DNA of 64,000 bases from Minisyncoccota bacterium (GCA_016211945.1 JACRHV010000006.1:146093-210092); one strand, 5' to 3'. Counted from the first letter of the stretch, positions 50,601 to 59,913 are shown. A program made the numbers and translations. The notes: generated by a model not told the origin, from the letters alone.

Positions 50601-50989
50601 AATATCTTGCAATTGACTATGGAACAAAACGGGTTGGTGTTGCGGTAAGCCGCGCTTGGCTGGCGGAACCGTTGGCGGTTTTTCCTCGTGACAGAGCGAT
50701 TGAAAAAATTACGTCTTACATTCATGAAGAACGCCCTCATGCTGTATTAATTGGTATTGCAGATGGCCCAATAGCAGAGGAGGCACGTCTTTTTGCACAG
50801 GAACTCCAGAAAAAAATCGGTGATATAAAAATTATTGAAGCTGATGAAACATTGAGTAGTGTTGAGACGCATACGAAGTTAGCAACAAGCGGAATGTCTC
50901 GCTCAAAAAGACAAGGGGACATAGATCATTATGCCGCCGCCGCTTTTCTTCAAGATTACCTTGATATGCATAAGGAAGATGGTGAATAA
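50597..50989 (+). CDS. ruvX: YqgF/RuvX nuclease
   Basis: LAIDYG.KR.GVAVS, DE.LSS, D..AAA..LQ.YL. Confidence 0.93.
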   Translation: MKYLAIDYGTKRVGVAVSRAWLAEPLAVFPRDRAIEKITSYIHEERPHAVLIGIADGPIAEEARLFAQELQKKIGDIKIIEADETLSSVETHTKLATSGMSRSKRQGDIDHYAAAAFLQDYLDMHKEDGE

Positions 50990-51869
50990 GACGCGCGCAA
51001 TGGTCATGCTCATGATAAGTGCGTTATGCTACGCGCTGTTGAATGTCGTCGCAAGACTTCTCAACCTAGGTTTTGAGCCGATGACACAAACATATCTTCG
51101 CATTTTTCTTGGCGCGGTTGTTGTAGGCATGATTTTTTCAAGAAAAATTCGGTGGAGCAGACTCTCTCATATTCCAAAGCAAGATTGGATATACCTCACT
51201 ATTATTGGTGTCTTGGGATATGGACTCATGGTGTACTTTATCTCAATGGGTGCGATTCGAGCGAAATTGCTGAATGTTGCGGTTGTCTATGCAACGATTA
51301 CGATGTTCACATATCTTTACTCGCTCATCTTTTTTAGAAAGAAGTTCCGATGGTCAATCATGATCATATTATTCATCTCATTGTTCGGCGTTGCGGTGCT
51401 TGCGAGTAAATCATATATACCGCAACTTGACCATTTTGGGATAGGAGAACTTTTTGTTCTCATTTCTGCCGCAATGGGAGCTTGGTATGCGGTTGCAAGA
51501 AAAAAACTTTCCACATATCTGAACAATGCAGAGATCTCGTTTATTGTCATGAGTATTGCCAGTATTGCTACTTTTCTTCTTGCTCTGATTTCAGGTGAAT
51601 CATTTTCGTTTTCATCGTTTTCTATCCCAGGAGTGTTTATAGGGCTGTTACTAGGAGCAACGCTCAACATCATATCTACCTATGCGGAAAACTATGCATT
51701 CCAACATATTGATGCGGTTGTGGGGAATCAAATGCTCTTGTCAGAGAATATTTTTGCATTGGTATTAGGATTGACGTTATATAAAGAAGTTGTGACTCCG
51801 CCGGAATTGGTGGGAGCAGTGATTATTGTCGGATCGGTATATGTGATGAATAGGATGGAAAAGGGGTAA
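50979..51869 (+). CDS. DMT/EamA family transporter
   Basis: About 10 TM segments in two EamA repeats. Confidence 0.88.
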   Translation: MVNKTRAMVMLMISALCYALLNVVARLLNLGFEPMTQTYLRIFLGAVVVGMIFSRKIRWSRLSHIPKQDWIYLTIIGVLGYGLMVYFISMGAIRAKLLNVAVVYATITMFTYLYSLIFFRKKFRWSIMIILFISLFGVAVLASKSYIPQLDHFGIGELFVLISAAMGAWYAVARKKLSTYLNNAEISFIVMSIASIATFLLALISGESFSFSSFSIPGVFIGLLLGATLNIISTYAENYAFQHIDAVVGNQMLLSENIFALVLGLTLYKEVVTPPELVGAVIIVGSVYVMNRMEKG

Positions 51870-51917
51870 GTGTTCGGATTCATTCTAGAATGTACTCCAG
51901 TGATACAATAGAAATGA

Positions 51918-52871
51918 ATGAAATTCAAGAAAATTCTTGTTATTGGAATTGATAAAGCGCAACTCGATGCATGGTCTTGGGATGATATAGATTCGCTTAC
52001 TGAGAAACGCATTTGTCTCCCCGCAGATAGTTCAGAAATAGATTCAGAACTCAAAGATGCAGATTGTTTATTAGTTTACTTTAATAAAGCAGATAAAAAG
52101 ATGATAGATAAAGCATCTACTCTCAAGTATATCGGTGCTTTAGCCACTGGAGTTGGGAAAATTGATATTTCCTACGCCACAAAAAAAGGAATAATTGTTA
52201 CGAATGTTCCCGGATACAGTACAGAATCTGTTGCAGAGTTTGTTCTTGCAATACTTCTAGAAAATCTTCGAGAAATTTCCCGAGCGAAAGGAGAATCGAA
52301 AAAAGGTAATCGTTCTGAATTAGGATTTTCATCTAGAGAAATTAAAGGAAAGAAATTTGGGATTATTGGTTTAGGGAGTATAGGATTGAGGACCGCTCAG
52401 TTAGCACAGGCTTTTGGAGCACATGTTTTCTATTGGTCTAGAAGGAGGAAGAAAGATGTTGAAAAGAAGGGCATTGTGTTTTCGCAACTGAAAGATCTAT
52501 TAAAAACATCTGATATATTATCTTTTCATCTTTCATTAAATCCGGAAACAAAAAACATTATGGATAAAGAAAATATCGAACAAATCAAAACAGGGTCGAT
52601 TGTTATAAACACCGCACCAATGGAGTTATTTAATGGTGCATCACTTGAAAAAAGAATACGTGGAGGAGATATTACCTTTATATTTGATCACACAGATATT
52701 GGTGATATATCAGAAGAAAATTTGAAACGATTCCAGAAATATAAAAACTGTATAACATATCCTGCTATTGGATATATATCAAATGAGGCGAGAATTGCAA
52801 AACAAAAAATATTTATACTAAATATGAAAAAATTTCTTCATGGTACACCAATCAATAGAGTGGTTGCATAG
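51918..52871 (+). CDS. D-2-hydroxyacid dehydrogenase-like protein with non-canonical active site
   Basis: VTNVPGYSTESVAE, GIIGLG.IG, D.LS.H..L..ET; catalytic motifs altered to NTAPM and YPAIG. Confidence 0.8.
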   Translation: MKFKKILVIGIDKAQLDAWSWDDIDSLTEKRICLPADSSEIDSELKDADCLLVYFNKADKKMIDKASTLKYIGALATGVGKIDISYATKKGIIVTNVPGYSTESVAEFVLAILLENLREISRAKGESKKGNRSELGFSSREIKGKKFGIIGLGSIGLRTAQLAQAFGAHVFYWSRRRKKDVEKKGIVFSQLKDLLKTSDILSFHLSLNPETKNIMDKENIEQIKTGSIVINTAPMELFNGASLEKRIRGGDITFIFDHTDIGDISEENLKRFQKYKNCITYPAIGYISNEARIAKQKIFILNMKKFLHGTPINRVVA

Positions 52872-52899
52872 TCTTTTAATGAGGAAGAGTGTAGTACTT

Positions 52900-53217
52900 T
52901 TATCTGCACCGAAAAACATCCGCCAAAGCAGTTGCGTATATTACGTGGGCATCCATCTCAATGTCATCACCAGAGTGTAATGCTTGGTGTGTATACACCC
53001 AATCAAGTTGGCTGAAAATATGCTGGTTTCCAATAATGATATATGGATCAATAGAGGTAATATCAATGCCAAGTTTTTCTTGTTCTCGTTGAATTGCTTG
53101 GCACACAATCTTGTTATTCCCTCTGCCCTCACTAAACGCAAGAATAAGAATTTTTGCGATGTCTTTTTCGTGAGCTTGAACTTCTTGTCGTTGTCGATCC
53201 CAGTGTTCTTGCATCAT
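52900..53217 (-). CDS. Hypothetical protein
   Basis: ORF starting 37 nt downstream of tRNA-Arg(CCG). Confidence 0.55.
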   Translation of the reverse strand: MMQEHWDRQRQEVQAHEKDIAKILILAFSEGRGNNKIVCQAIQREQEKLGIDITSIDPYIIIGNQHIFSQLDWVYTHQALHSGDDIEMDAHVIYATALADVFRCR

Positions 53218-53253
53218 AGCGTTTATGGTTAAGAAAATGAATGTCGAGCTTTG

Positions 53254-53325
53254 TGCTCCCAAGTGGAATTGAACCACTATCTCAAGGTTCGGAACCTCAC
53301 GGTCTATCCATTAGCCTATGGGAGC
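53254..53325 (-). tRNA. tRNA-Arg(CCG)
   Basis: Minus strand GCTCCCA...TGAGG-TTCCGAA-CCTTG...GGTTCAATTCC...TGGGAGC-A. Confidence 0.93.
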
Positions 53326-53349
53326 AGGGTAAAGTTCTAGGCTATTGTA

Positions 53350-54345
53350 TCATCTGTGTTTTGCAAAAAATCTTGCGGCTATGTAGGTAGAAAGGGGGAT
53401 GGAAAGGACTAAACCAATAGAACCTGTCAGTGTACGCACAATCTCTTCCGCGATCATTTGGTCGTTCAGCACAACCCAGAGCGGTTGCGTGCTTTGAATG
53501 AAAAGCAAAAACAACGGTAAGCTTGATCCTGCATACGCCAACACCAACGTATTTACCAAGGTAGAAACGTGGTTTTTCCCTACCTCCATACCGCGTTTGT
53601 ATAACTCACGAAATGACATGGTCGGATTCGTGTGATGCAGTTCTTCCACTACGGAAACTTGTGACACTACACTATCGTCCAACACACTCAATGTTGCGAG
53701 CATAATGCCACCAAGCAAAAGTCCCTGAAGATTGAGTGAAATGGTACTACTGAACTGAAGATACATTACCTCCTCATTTCCAAATCCTGTGAGTTGCGCC
53801 AGTTTTACTACAAAGAACGAAAGGCCAGACACAAACAGAAGTGTGGTCGACATACAAAAAAAGATTATGCGAGATGTTGCAGAATATCCATGTGAAAGAA
53901 GGACGGTTACCACACTAATAGTAAGCGAAGTAATAAGGCTGATGATAAGTGGATTTGAGCCATGCAGAATCTGTGGAACAGTGAAAGAAAAAAGAAGTGT
54001 TATAGTAATTGCCAAACTAACAAGTGAGGAGACCCCTTTTTTCTGCGTGAACAGAAGAACAATGAAGACGAACGCAATAAAAAGGCCAGCAAGTGCAGGA
54101 AGACGATATGTATCCACAATTGCATATGAGTCATTCGTTTTTGCGAGCACAACACGTTGTCCTACACGATATCGTTGTTCTGCTTGAAGTGGTTGTTCCT
54201 CACTGCCCACAATAATCATTTTTCGAGAAGACTCTTGTGAAACTTCAAGAGCAAGCTCCTGGATGTATCCCACCGCGTTATTTTGTGTGATTGTTGTTTC
54301 CTTATTTAGGGAACGAATGGTGCCGATGACAAAAGTGGGAATCAT
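53350..54345 (-). CDS. YibE/F family membrane protein
   Basis: VD..R, LTG, L.VLDD..V.Q, G..VG..H...LVNTL.LAY.G.SLP, EEIVR.L.GSIGL. Confidence 0.9.
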   Translation of the reverse strand: MIPTFVIGTIRSLNKETTITQNNAVGYIQELALEVSQESSRKMIIVGSEEQPLQAEQRYRVGQRVVLAKTNDSYAIVDTYRLPALAGLFIAFVFIVLLFTQKKGVSSLVSLAITITLLFSFTVPQILHGSNPLIISLITSLTISVVTVLLSHGYSATSRIIFFCMSTTLLFVSGLSFFVVKLAQLTGFGNEEVMYLQFSSTISLNLQGLLLGGIMLATLSVLDDSVVSQVSVVEELHHTNPTMSFRELYKRGMEVGKNHVSTLVNTLVLAYAGSSLPLFLLFIQSTQPLWVVLNDQMIAEEIVRTLTGSIGLVLSIPLSTYIAARFFAKHR

Positions 54346-54369
54346 AGGGAATAGCGTATCATATTGCCT

Positions 54370-55137
54370 TTATTGAGGTCTGCAAACACAAATCATATTG
54401 TTCGCTTCTCTCAAATGGAATATGGTATTGATCCATGTTTTAACTCTATACATGTTTGGGAAGGCGGTGAGATATTTCACATGTTCCACAAAAAATCCTG
54501 CATGACGCAACTCGAAAAGAACGAGTTTTGGAGAATACACACGCACATGTGCATTCGGGTTTTGCGGATACATATATTCAAGTCCTTCATTGAGTGGGAC
54601 ACTGATAATAAATCGGCCGTTTGGTTTTATCACTCTTCGTATCTCTTGCAATACGTGAAATGTATGGTGAGGACTTACGTGTTCAAGCACCTCTAAGAGA
54701 AAAATAGTATCAAATGTTTTATCTAAAAAAGGTAATTTTTCCAACGCAGTTTGAATAAACGACCATCGTGGAAATTGATGACGAAGTGAGTTGAGCGATT
54801 GTGTAGTAATATCGGTTCCAGTCCATTGGACCTTATTTCCTAAAGATTGATGCACCATATTTTCTACCATTCCTCCTCCGGATCCCAAGTTCAACACTTT
54901 TGTATTTTTCTGAACAAATGTTGAGACAAACCTATTTCGATCAATCTCCATATGATGAACACTCTCACCATGTTCTTTCGTAAATCTTGTATCCCAAAAT
55001 AATCCTGTGTTGTTATTTGGAATGGCAGGAAAACGTGACGAATATGTTTGCAGGAGTTTTTTATACGAATGCTTTTGAAGTAAAGAGTTCCGTAGTCTCT
55101 CGGTATCAAATCCGGCATGTTTTTTTGATGATGACAT
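54370..55137 (-). CDS. Class I SAM-dependent methyltransferase
   Basis: VLNLGSGGG, LPF.D..FD, EVLEH, L.EI.RV.KP.G.FI.SVP. Confidence 0.9.
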   Translation of the reverse strand: MSSSKKHAGFDTERLRNSLLQKHSYKKLLQTYSSRFPAIPNNNTGLFWDTRFTKEHGESVHHMEIDRNRFVSTFVQKNTKVLNLGSGGGMVENMVHQSLGNKVQWTGTDITTQSLNSLRHQFPRWSFIQTALEKLPFLDKTFDTIFLLEVLEHVSPHHTFHVLQEIRRVIKPNGRFIISVPLNEGLEYMYPQNPNAHVRVYSPKLVLFELRHAGFFVEHVKYLTAFPNMYRVKTWINTIFHLREANNMICVCRPQ

Positions 55138-55141
55138 GGTG

Positions 55142-55888
55142 TTAATCCGCGACAACATAGCGGAATCGTTCATACCGCTTTCCGCTATCATCAAGTTTTG
55201 TGAAGAAATCTGTAGAATCTTGCGCTTTTTTCTGCGGGTACTGTGACTGATGTGCAGCTATCGCCTTGGTTCGCGTCTCAGCAAACGCAGTCATATCAAT
55301 ATGCACGGTGTCTTTATGGTCGTAATAATCAACGAGCAAGAACTCTGAAACTGCATGCGACTCTGTTTTGGGGTCTTGAAAATGTTCTGGAAAGAATAAA
55401 AGGTCTCTGCTATATGGATATGCCGCATCAATCGCCGTTTTTCCTGTGTTACGATGATCGCGGTGATTCACCCAGTTCACATCTTGGTCGAATCGGATAA
55501 TCATATCTTCTGGATTATGAGTGATGATAAGTTCAGGTTGAAAAATACGAATCTGTTTGGCAACGAGTCCAATCGTTGGAATATCATTTTCCACACTTCC
55601 GTCGCCAATCTTAAGACACGCAGTATATTCTTTGGAGACACCAAGAACCTCCATGGCTTTTGCATCCTCGCGTTCGCGCAACTCTCCCAACTCCTGTTCA
55701 CTGATTTTTTCTTGTCGCGATCCTTTATTTCCCACAGTCATTTTGACTACCATTACCTTTTTGTTATCATGCCTCAGCCGAGCTATCGTTCCACCGCAAT
55801 AAATCTCAGCATCATCAGGATGTGCCATCACCACAAGAATGCGTTGTTTCTCACTGAAAATTCTTGTGTATTCATCGGTGTGTGTCAT
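55142..55888 (-). CDS. PIG-L/LmbE family deacetylase
   Basis: AHPDDAE..CGG, T.G.KG, R..E...A, NHRDH, AH.SQ. Confidence 0.92.
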   Translation of the reverse strand: MTHTDEYTRIFSEKQRILVVMAHPDDAEIYCGGTIARLRHDNKKVMVVKMTVGNKGSRQEKISEQELGELREREDAKAMEVLGVSKEYTACLKIGDGSVENDIPTIGLVAKQIRIFQPELIITHNPEDMIIRFDQDVNWVNHRDHRNTGKTAIDAAYPYSRDLLFFPEHFQDPKTESHAVSEFLLVDYYDHKDTVHIDMTAFAETRTKAIAAHQSQYPQKKAQDSTDFFTKLDDSGKRYERFRYVVAD

Positions 55889-56478
55889 GGTGTTCCTTTC
55901 TCCAAAAATGGCTGAATCTTTTCTGCAAATCGTGGATCAAAATTTTCTTCTTTGTGTTGTACGATCCAATGTTTGACCGCGTGAAATATTTTTGTCTCCT
56001 TGCCTTCCAGTGCGAGTATACCAAACATTTCTTCCATCGCAGAAGCGACTTGCGCATGTTGTTCAAGGAGATACGGCTGCATTGCTAAAAGGGCGGTGCG
56101 ATAGAACGCGGGGACAATCGCAATAGCGAGTTGAACGGGATCCTGCATGTTTTTGATGAACTGAAACTTGTCAAAAAGAGCAAGTATTTTTTCTGTAGAA
56201 TCGGCATCAAAAGACGAGAGTTCATTTATTGAAGGGAGTTTTTTCCCGTTAAGAATCTCACTCAAATGATTCGCATTTTTGAGGTACGGAGAAAATGGTG
56301 TGAGGGTGTGATCAGAGGAGTATTGGTTAAAAAGATTGATTGCTGATTGAAGCTCATCCAAAAGCGTGGGTAAAAGACTTTCATCCTTGTCATAGACGAG
56401 AAAAGCAGATCGGCAGAGCGGGAATTGTTCCGCGTGCGTTCTGAGTTGGTGAAGGTAAAAATCTAAAAACGGTTGCAT
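55885..56478 (-). CDS. Hypothetical all-helical protein (possibly heme-oxygenase/TenA-like fold)
   Basis: DE...H, ALE and W..QH.E pattern; ATGA-coupled to the PIG-L gene. Confidence 0.55.
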   Translation of the reverse strand: MQPFLDFYLHQLRTHAEQFPLCRSAFLVYDKDESLLPTLLDELQSAINLFNQYSSDHTLTPFSPYLKNANHLSEILNGKKLPSINELSSFDADSTEKILALFDKFQFIKNMQDPVQLAIAIVPAFYRTALLAMQPYLLEQHAQVASAMEEMFGILALEGKETKIFHAVKHWIVQHKEENFDPRFAEKIQPFLEKGTP

Positions 56479-56516
56479 CACCCCAGTATACCAGAGGTGT
56501 GATATAATTCCCCCAT

Positions 56517-56588
56517 ATGATATTCACGATGGAGCTCCGCCATGTACAAGTTACGGCGGGCGCTCTTCTCCCAGAATTTTCTGCATAA
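56517..56588 (+). CDS. Candidate leaderless erm leader peptide (MIFTMELRHVQVTAGALLPEFSA)
   Basis: ATG 8 nt after TGaTATAAT; out-of-frame overlap with the erm start; M5/L7/R8 match ErmDL positions. Confidence 0.5.
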   Translation: MIFTMELRHVQVTAGALLPEFSA

Positions 56589-57321
56589 CCACAAGCTGGT
56601 TTCTTCCCTTGTTGGACGTTCTTCTGTTGGCAAACATGATCTGGTTCTCGAGATTGGGTCAGGCAAGGGAATAATCACCTTCGAGTTAGCCCAGCGGGTT
56701 GGGCATGTGATCGCGGTGGAGATAGATGCACATTGGTATCAGTATCTCCAGGAGAAATTAGAAAATCTGTCAAACGTTACGGTCTATAGGCAGGATTTTC
56801 TCGAGTTTACGCTTCCGCGTTTACCATATAAAGTGTTTGCAAACATTCCGTTTGCGATCGAGGGGAAGGTGGTTCGAAAATTGTTAGAAGACGCTAACCC
56901 GCCGTATGATTGCTATCTCGTGGTGATGAAGGAGTTGGCGCAGCGGTTTTGCATGGGCCACACCATGTTTTCTGCGATGCACAGTCCATGGTTTGATTTT
57001 TCGATCGCGCATTATTTTGATCGGTGCGATTTTACTCCCATGCCGAACGTTGATGCGGTACTTCTGCGTATTGTTCAAAAAAGTATGCTGCTTTTGCCAT
57101 GGCAAGAAAGAAAACGATATATGCGATTCATTCAAACAGCGTTTTGTGACGGGCAAGCAGTGCGGCATAACCTCAAAAGGATAGTTTCACTGGAAAAGAT
57201 CGATCATGCGCTCCATTCTATGTCGCTGAGGAGAAATATACGGCCAGCGGACTTAACGCAGGAGCAATGGAGAAGATTATACGAAGCACTTTATGATTTT
57301 TCCGGTCGTTCAACTGACTGA
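56542..57321 (+). CDS. erm: Erm-like 23S rRNA adenine-N6 methyltransferase
   Basis: SQNFL, VLEIGSGKG.IT, DFL.F.LP..PYKVFANIPF, F.P.P.VD.VLL, L..EQW..L. Confidence 0.8.
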   Translation: MYKLRRALFSQNFLHNHKLVSSLVGRSSVGKHDLVLEIGSGKGIITFELAQRVGHVIAVEIDAHWYQYLQEKLENLSNVTVYRQDFLEFTLPRLPYKVFANIPFAIEGKVVRKLLEDANPPYDCYLVVMKELAQRFCMGHTMFSAMHSPWFDFSIAHYFDRCDFTPMPNVDAVLLRIVQKSMLLLPWQERKRYMRFIQTAFCDGQAVRHNLKRIVSLEKIDHALHSMSLRRNIRPADLTQEQWRRLYEALYDFSGRSTD

Positions 57322-58175
57322 AGCGCGATTGCACACACCAACACAGCAAGTCCAACAAAAGAGGCGGGTTCTATCTTTTCTCCAACAAAAAGACGGATAA
57401 ACACGAGCGAGAGAAATGGAGTGAGGAAAGAGGCATTCGATATTATTGATGTATCACCGTGTTTAAGCGCGAGGAACCAACACACCGTTGCAATGCCACT
57501 AATAAATACACCTCCCCAAAGCAGGCCAAGCAGTTGAGGAAAGTTCACTGTGGGAATGTGTGAAAAGATGAGCGTCGCAACAGTAATATATATGACCGAG
57601 TATCCGCTCATCATAGTCATACTAGAAAATTGTTCATATGGATATTTCTTGCCTAATACAGAAAATAAACCATAACATACTGCGCCAAATAATGCAGACA
57701 ACACTCCGGGAAAACTTTGAAACTTCAAGGTGTCAATCTGTCCTTTTGAAACAACAAGAATAATTGCGATAAATGAAAGCAGTAACGCAAAAAATTTCCT
57801 TACGGTCAGTTTCTCACCAAGTAGTATGACTGCCCAAAGAACGGTCATGATCGGCCACAAATAATTCACAATGTACGCCTCTTGCGCAGGTAACTTGGAA
57901 AGTGCAAAAAGAAATGCAACACCATACAAGAAAAAACCAACAAGACCCATGAATGCAAAAAAGAGATGGTCGCGGAATGAGTATGATTGCATGATATGAG
58001 CTTTTTTCTGTGTCATGGCGATAATAAAAAGGCTGATTGTACTGAACACACCGGAATAGAACTCCACTTGAAAGAAATCGAGGCTTCCCAAAAGAAGTTT
58101 TCCAATGGTTGCGGATGAACCCCAAATAATGATGGTGAGAAAGACAAAAAGATAGGCGAGTTTGGATGAGTTCAT
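57291..58175 (-). CDS. DMT/EamA family transporter
   Basis: IWGS, NYLWP, LGEK, L.P.LS..F...GEKI; about 10 TM. Confidence 0.9.
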   Translation of the reverse strand: MNSSKLAYLFVFLTIIIWGSSATIGKLLLGSLDFFQVEFYSGVFSTISLFIIAMTQKKAHIMQSYSFRDHLFFAFMGLVGFFLYGVAFLFALSKLPAQEAYIVNYLWPIMTVLWAVILLGEKLTVRKFFALLLSFIAIILVVSKGQIDTLKFQSFPGVLSALFGAVCYGLFSVLGKKYPYEQFSSMTMMSGYSVIYITVATLIFSHIPTVNFPQLLGLLWGGVFISGIATVCWFLALKHGDTSIISNASFLTPFLSLVFIRLFVGEKIEPASFVGLAVLVCAIALQSVERPEKS

Positions 58176-58212
58176 GATTCCCACGAGTATATAACCATGA
58201 TAACATTTAGAC

Positions 58213-59910
58213 ATGAAAATAACACAAATTGGAGAGCTCGTATCGGATTTGCACAACGAAACTGATGAAAAAAGATTAATTGAAAGAATTTTCTCACCAG
58301 TATTAGAGAAAGATGAAGGGGGTTTTTGGAGAAAAATTTATACGTACGGTGAAACTAAATTTGTATTCAGAGGCAGAGAAGAATTACCAACTTTCGATTC
58401 GTATAAAGATGGTGAAAAAATGCTTGGTTCCACACCGATTCATATTAATGAGGATGAATATGGTTCATATTTAGAACAATCTAAAAATAATAGTCATCCT
58501 TTTGTCATTACAACTATGGATATACAGGGAGTTATAGAAATTGCTGATAATCTTGGTGTCAAACAAATGAATCAACCCTTACGCGATATAAAAGTTGGGG
58601 GGTATACACAAGAGATAACAGATTTAATAGACAAAATTATTGCTTGTAGGATAAAAATAAATAAAGAAGGTAGTGATGGTGAGGCTATTGTTTTAGCCTC
58701 GATGCTTGGGGATGATGAGGCGATGCAATTTGTTCAGCTTGCGATGAAAGAAATGGAGGATTCTGATAAGGTAATCTTGCAGGAAAAAAGAGATTCTCTT
58801 CGTGAACAATGGGAATATCAAAAAAGATTTGAGAAAGCAGATGTCAAAGATCTGATTGTTGTTCATGCCACTCGTTATCTTCCACAATATTCCAAAGAAA
58901 TCCATGGATTTGAGGTATTGCCTACTGGAGAATCAACTTCTTGGAAATATTTGCGAAATACAGTGCATACAACCTTAAATCATAAAGTTAAAGGACATTA
59001 TGGGGGACATTGGGATAATACTCCACACGTAATAATAAGCCCCTTTACAGAAGTTAGGGATGCAAATGGTAATCCATTTGGCTTAGATATGCTAGATACT
59101 TGGTGGGTATTGGGACCTGGAGAAAGACTAAAATTTCCTAAAGCAAAGCTTGTAACTCCGGGAGATGTTTTGGATGGTGAGCTGATCGAATTTGGAGAAG
59201 ACAATACTTATTTTAAGTCTAAAGACTACACTATCAGGGATGTGTTTCGTATTGATAGCGGACATCCAATATTGTGGAAACACATGAGAGGCGTTTTAAA
59301 TGAACATTTGTCTAAATTAACAAATACATACAAAGTTGATCAATTTTGGGAGGAAATCAAAACAAAATATTTTCCGGATATGCCAGATATGTCAACTGAT
59401 TATCTAAAAGAAAACAGCGGTATTGATCCTGAAAGTATTCAAAAACGATTTATTCATGGCGACATAAATGAATCTCTTAATAAGAGAATTGGTCAGATAT
59501 TGATGGAATTAGGATTGAATAGTTTTGATATTGAACTAGAACAAATCGCAAATGAGATATCTATAGATATTGAAAAGCGTTTATTTGGTGAACTAAATGA
59601 AATGGCTGTAAATCAAACTATTCAAAAAATGAAATTTCCATTAAGAAATGATTTAGTGGGTAGTACTGCGCCTTTGGGAGAGGAATTAGATTCGTATATT
59701 ACTCCAACAAGCCATAATTATTCAATTTATAATTTCCTTGAACATGGCCATGCCCATGATGTTCAGTCTGCCGTTGATGAATCCTCAGGTAAATTTATTT
59801 GGACGAAATATTCTTCAGAACAAAACATGTTAAGAGCCAAAGGACTTGATCCAAAAACCAGAAGAGTTTTGTACGTTTCTGGTATGTTCAATTCTAGATT
59901 TGAAAGATAA
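58213..59910 (+). CDS. Hypothetical protein with possible ADP-ribosyltransferase-like core
   Basis: 565-aa AT-rich ORF; VVHAT...RNTVHTTLNH.V..H..G.W. Confidence 0.7.
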   Translation: MKITQIGELVSDLHNETDEKRLIERIFSPVLEKDEGGFWRKIYTYGETKFVFRGREELPTFDSYKDGEKMLGSTPIHINEDEYGSYLEQSKNNSHPFVITTMDIQGVIEIADNLGVKQMNQPLRDIKVGGYTQEITDLIDKIIACRIKINKEGSDGEAIVLASMLGDDEAMQFVQLAMKEMEDSDKVILQEKRDSLREQWEYQKRFEKADVKDLIVVHATRYLPQYSKEIHGFEVLPTGESTSWKYLRNTVHTTLNHKVKGHYGGHWDNTPHVIISPFTEVRDANGNPFGLDMLDTWWVLGPGERLKFPKAKLVTPGDVLDGELIEFGEDNTYFKSKDYTIRDVFRIDSGHPILWKHMRGVLNEHLSKLTNTYKVDQFWEEIKTKYFPDMPDMSTDYLKENSGIDPESIQKRFIHGDINESLNKRIGQILMELGLNSFDIELEQIANEISIDIEKRLFGELNEMAVNQTIQKMKFPLRNDLVGSTAPLGEELDSYITPTSHNYSIYNFLEHGHAHDVQSAVDESSGKFIWTKYSSEQNMLRAKGLDPKTRRVLYVSGMFNSRFER

Positions 59911-59913
59911 TTC

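Noticed and set aside
56526-56545. Fluoride riboswitch-like GATGGAGCTC.GCC
   Set aside because: Lacks the 5' GG pairing and the downstream GCTGATGAC element; downstream gene is erm, not crcB/eriC
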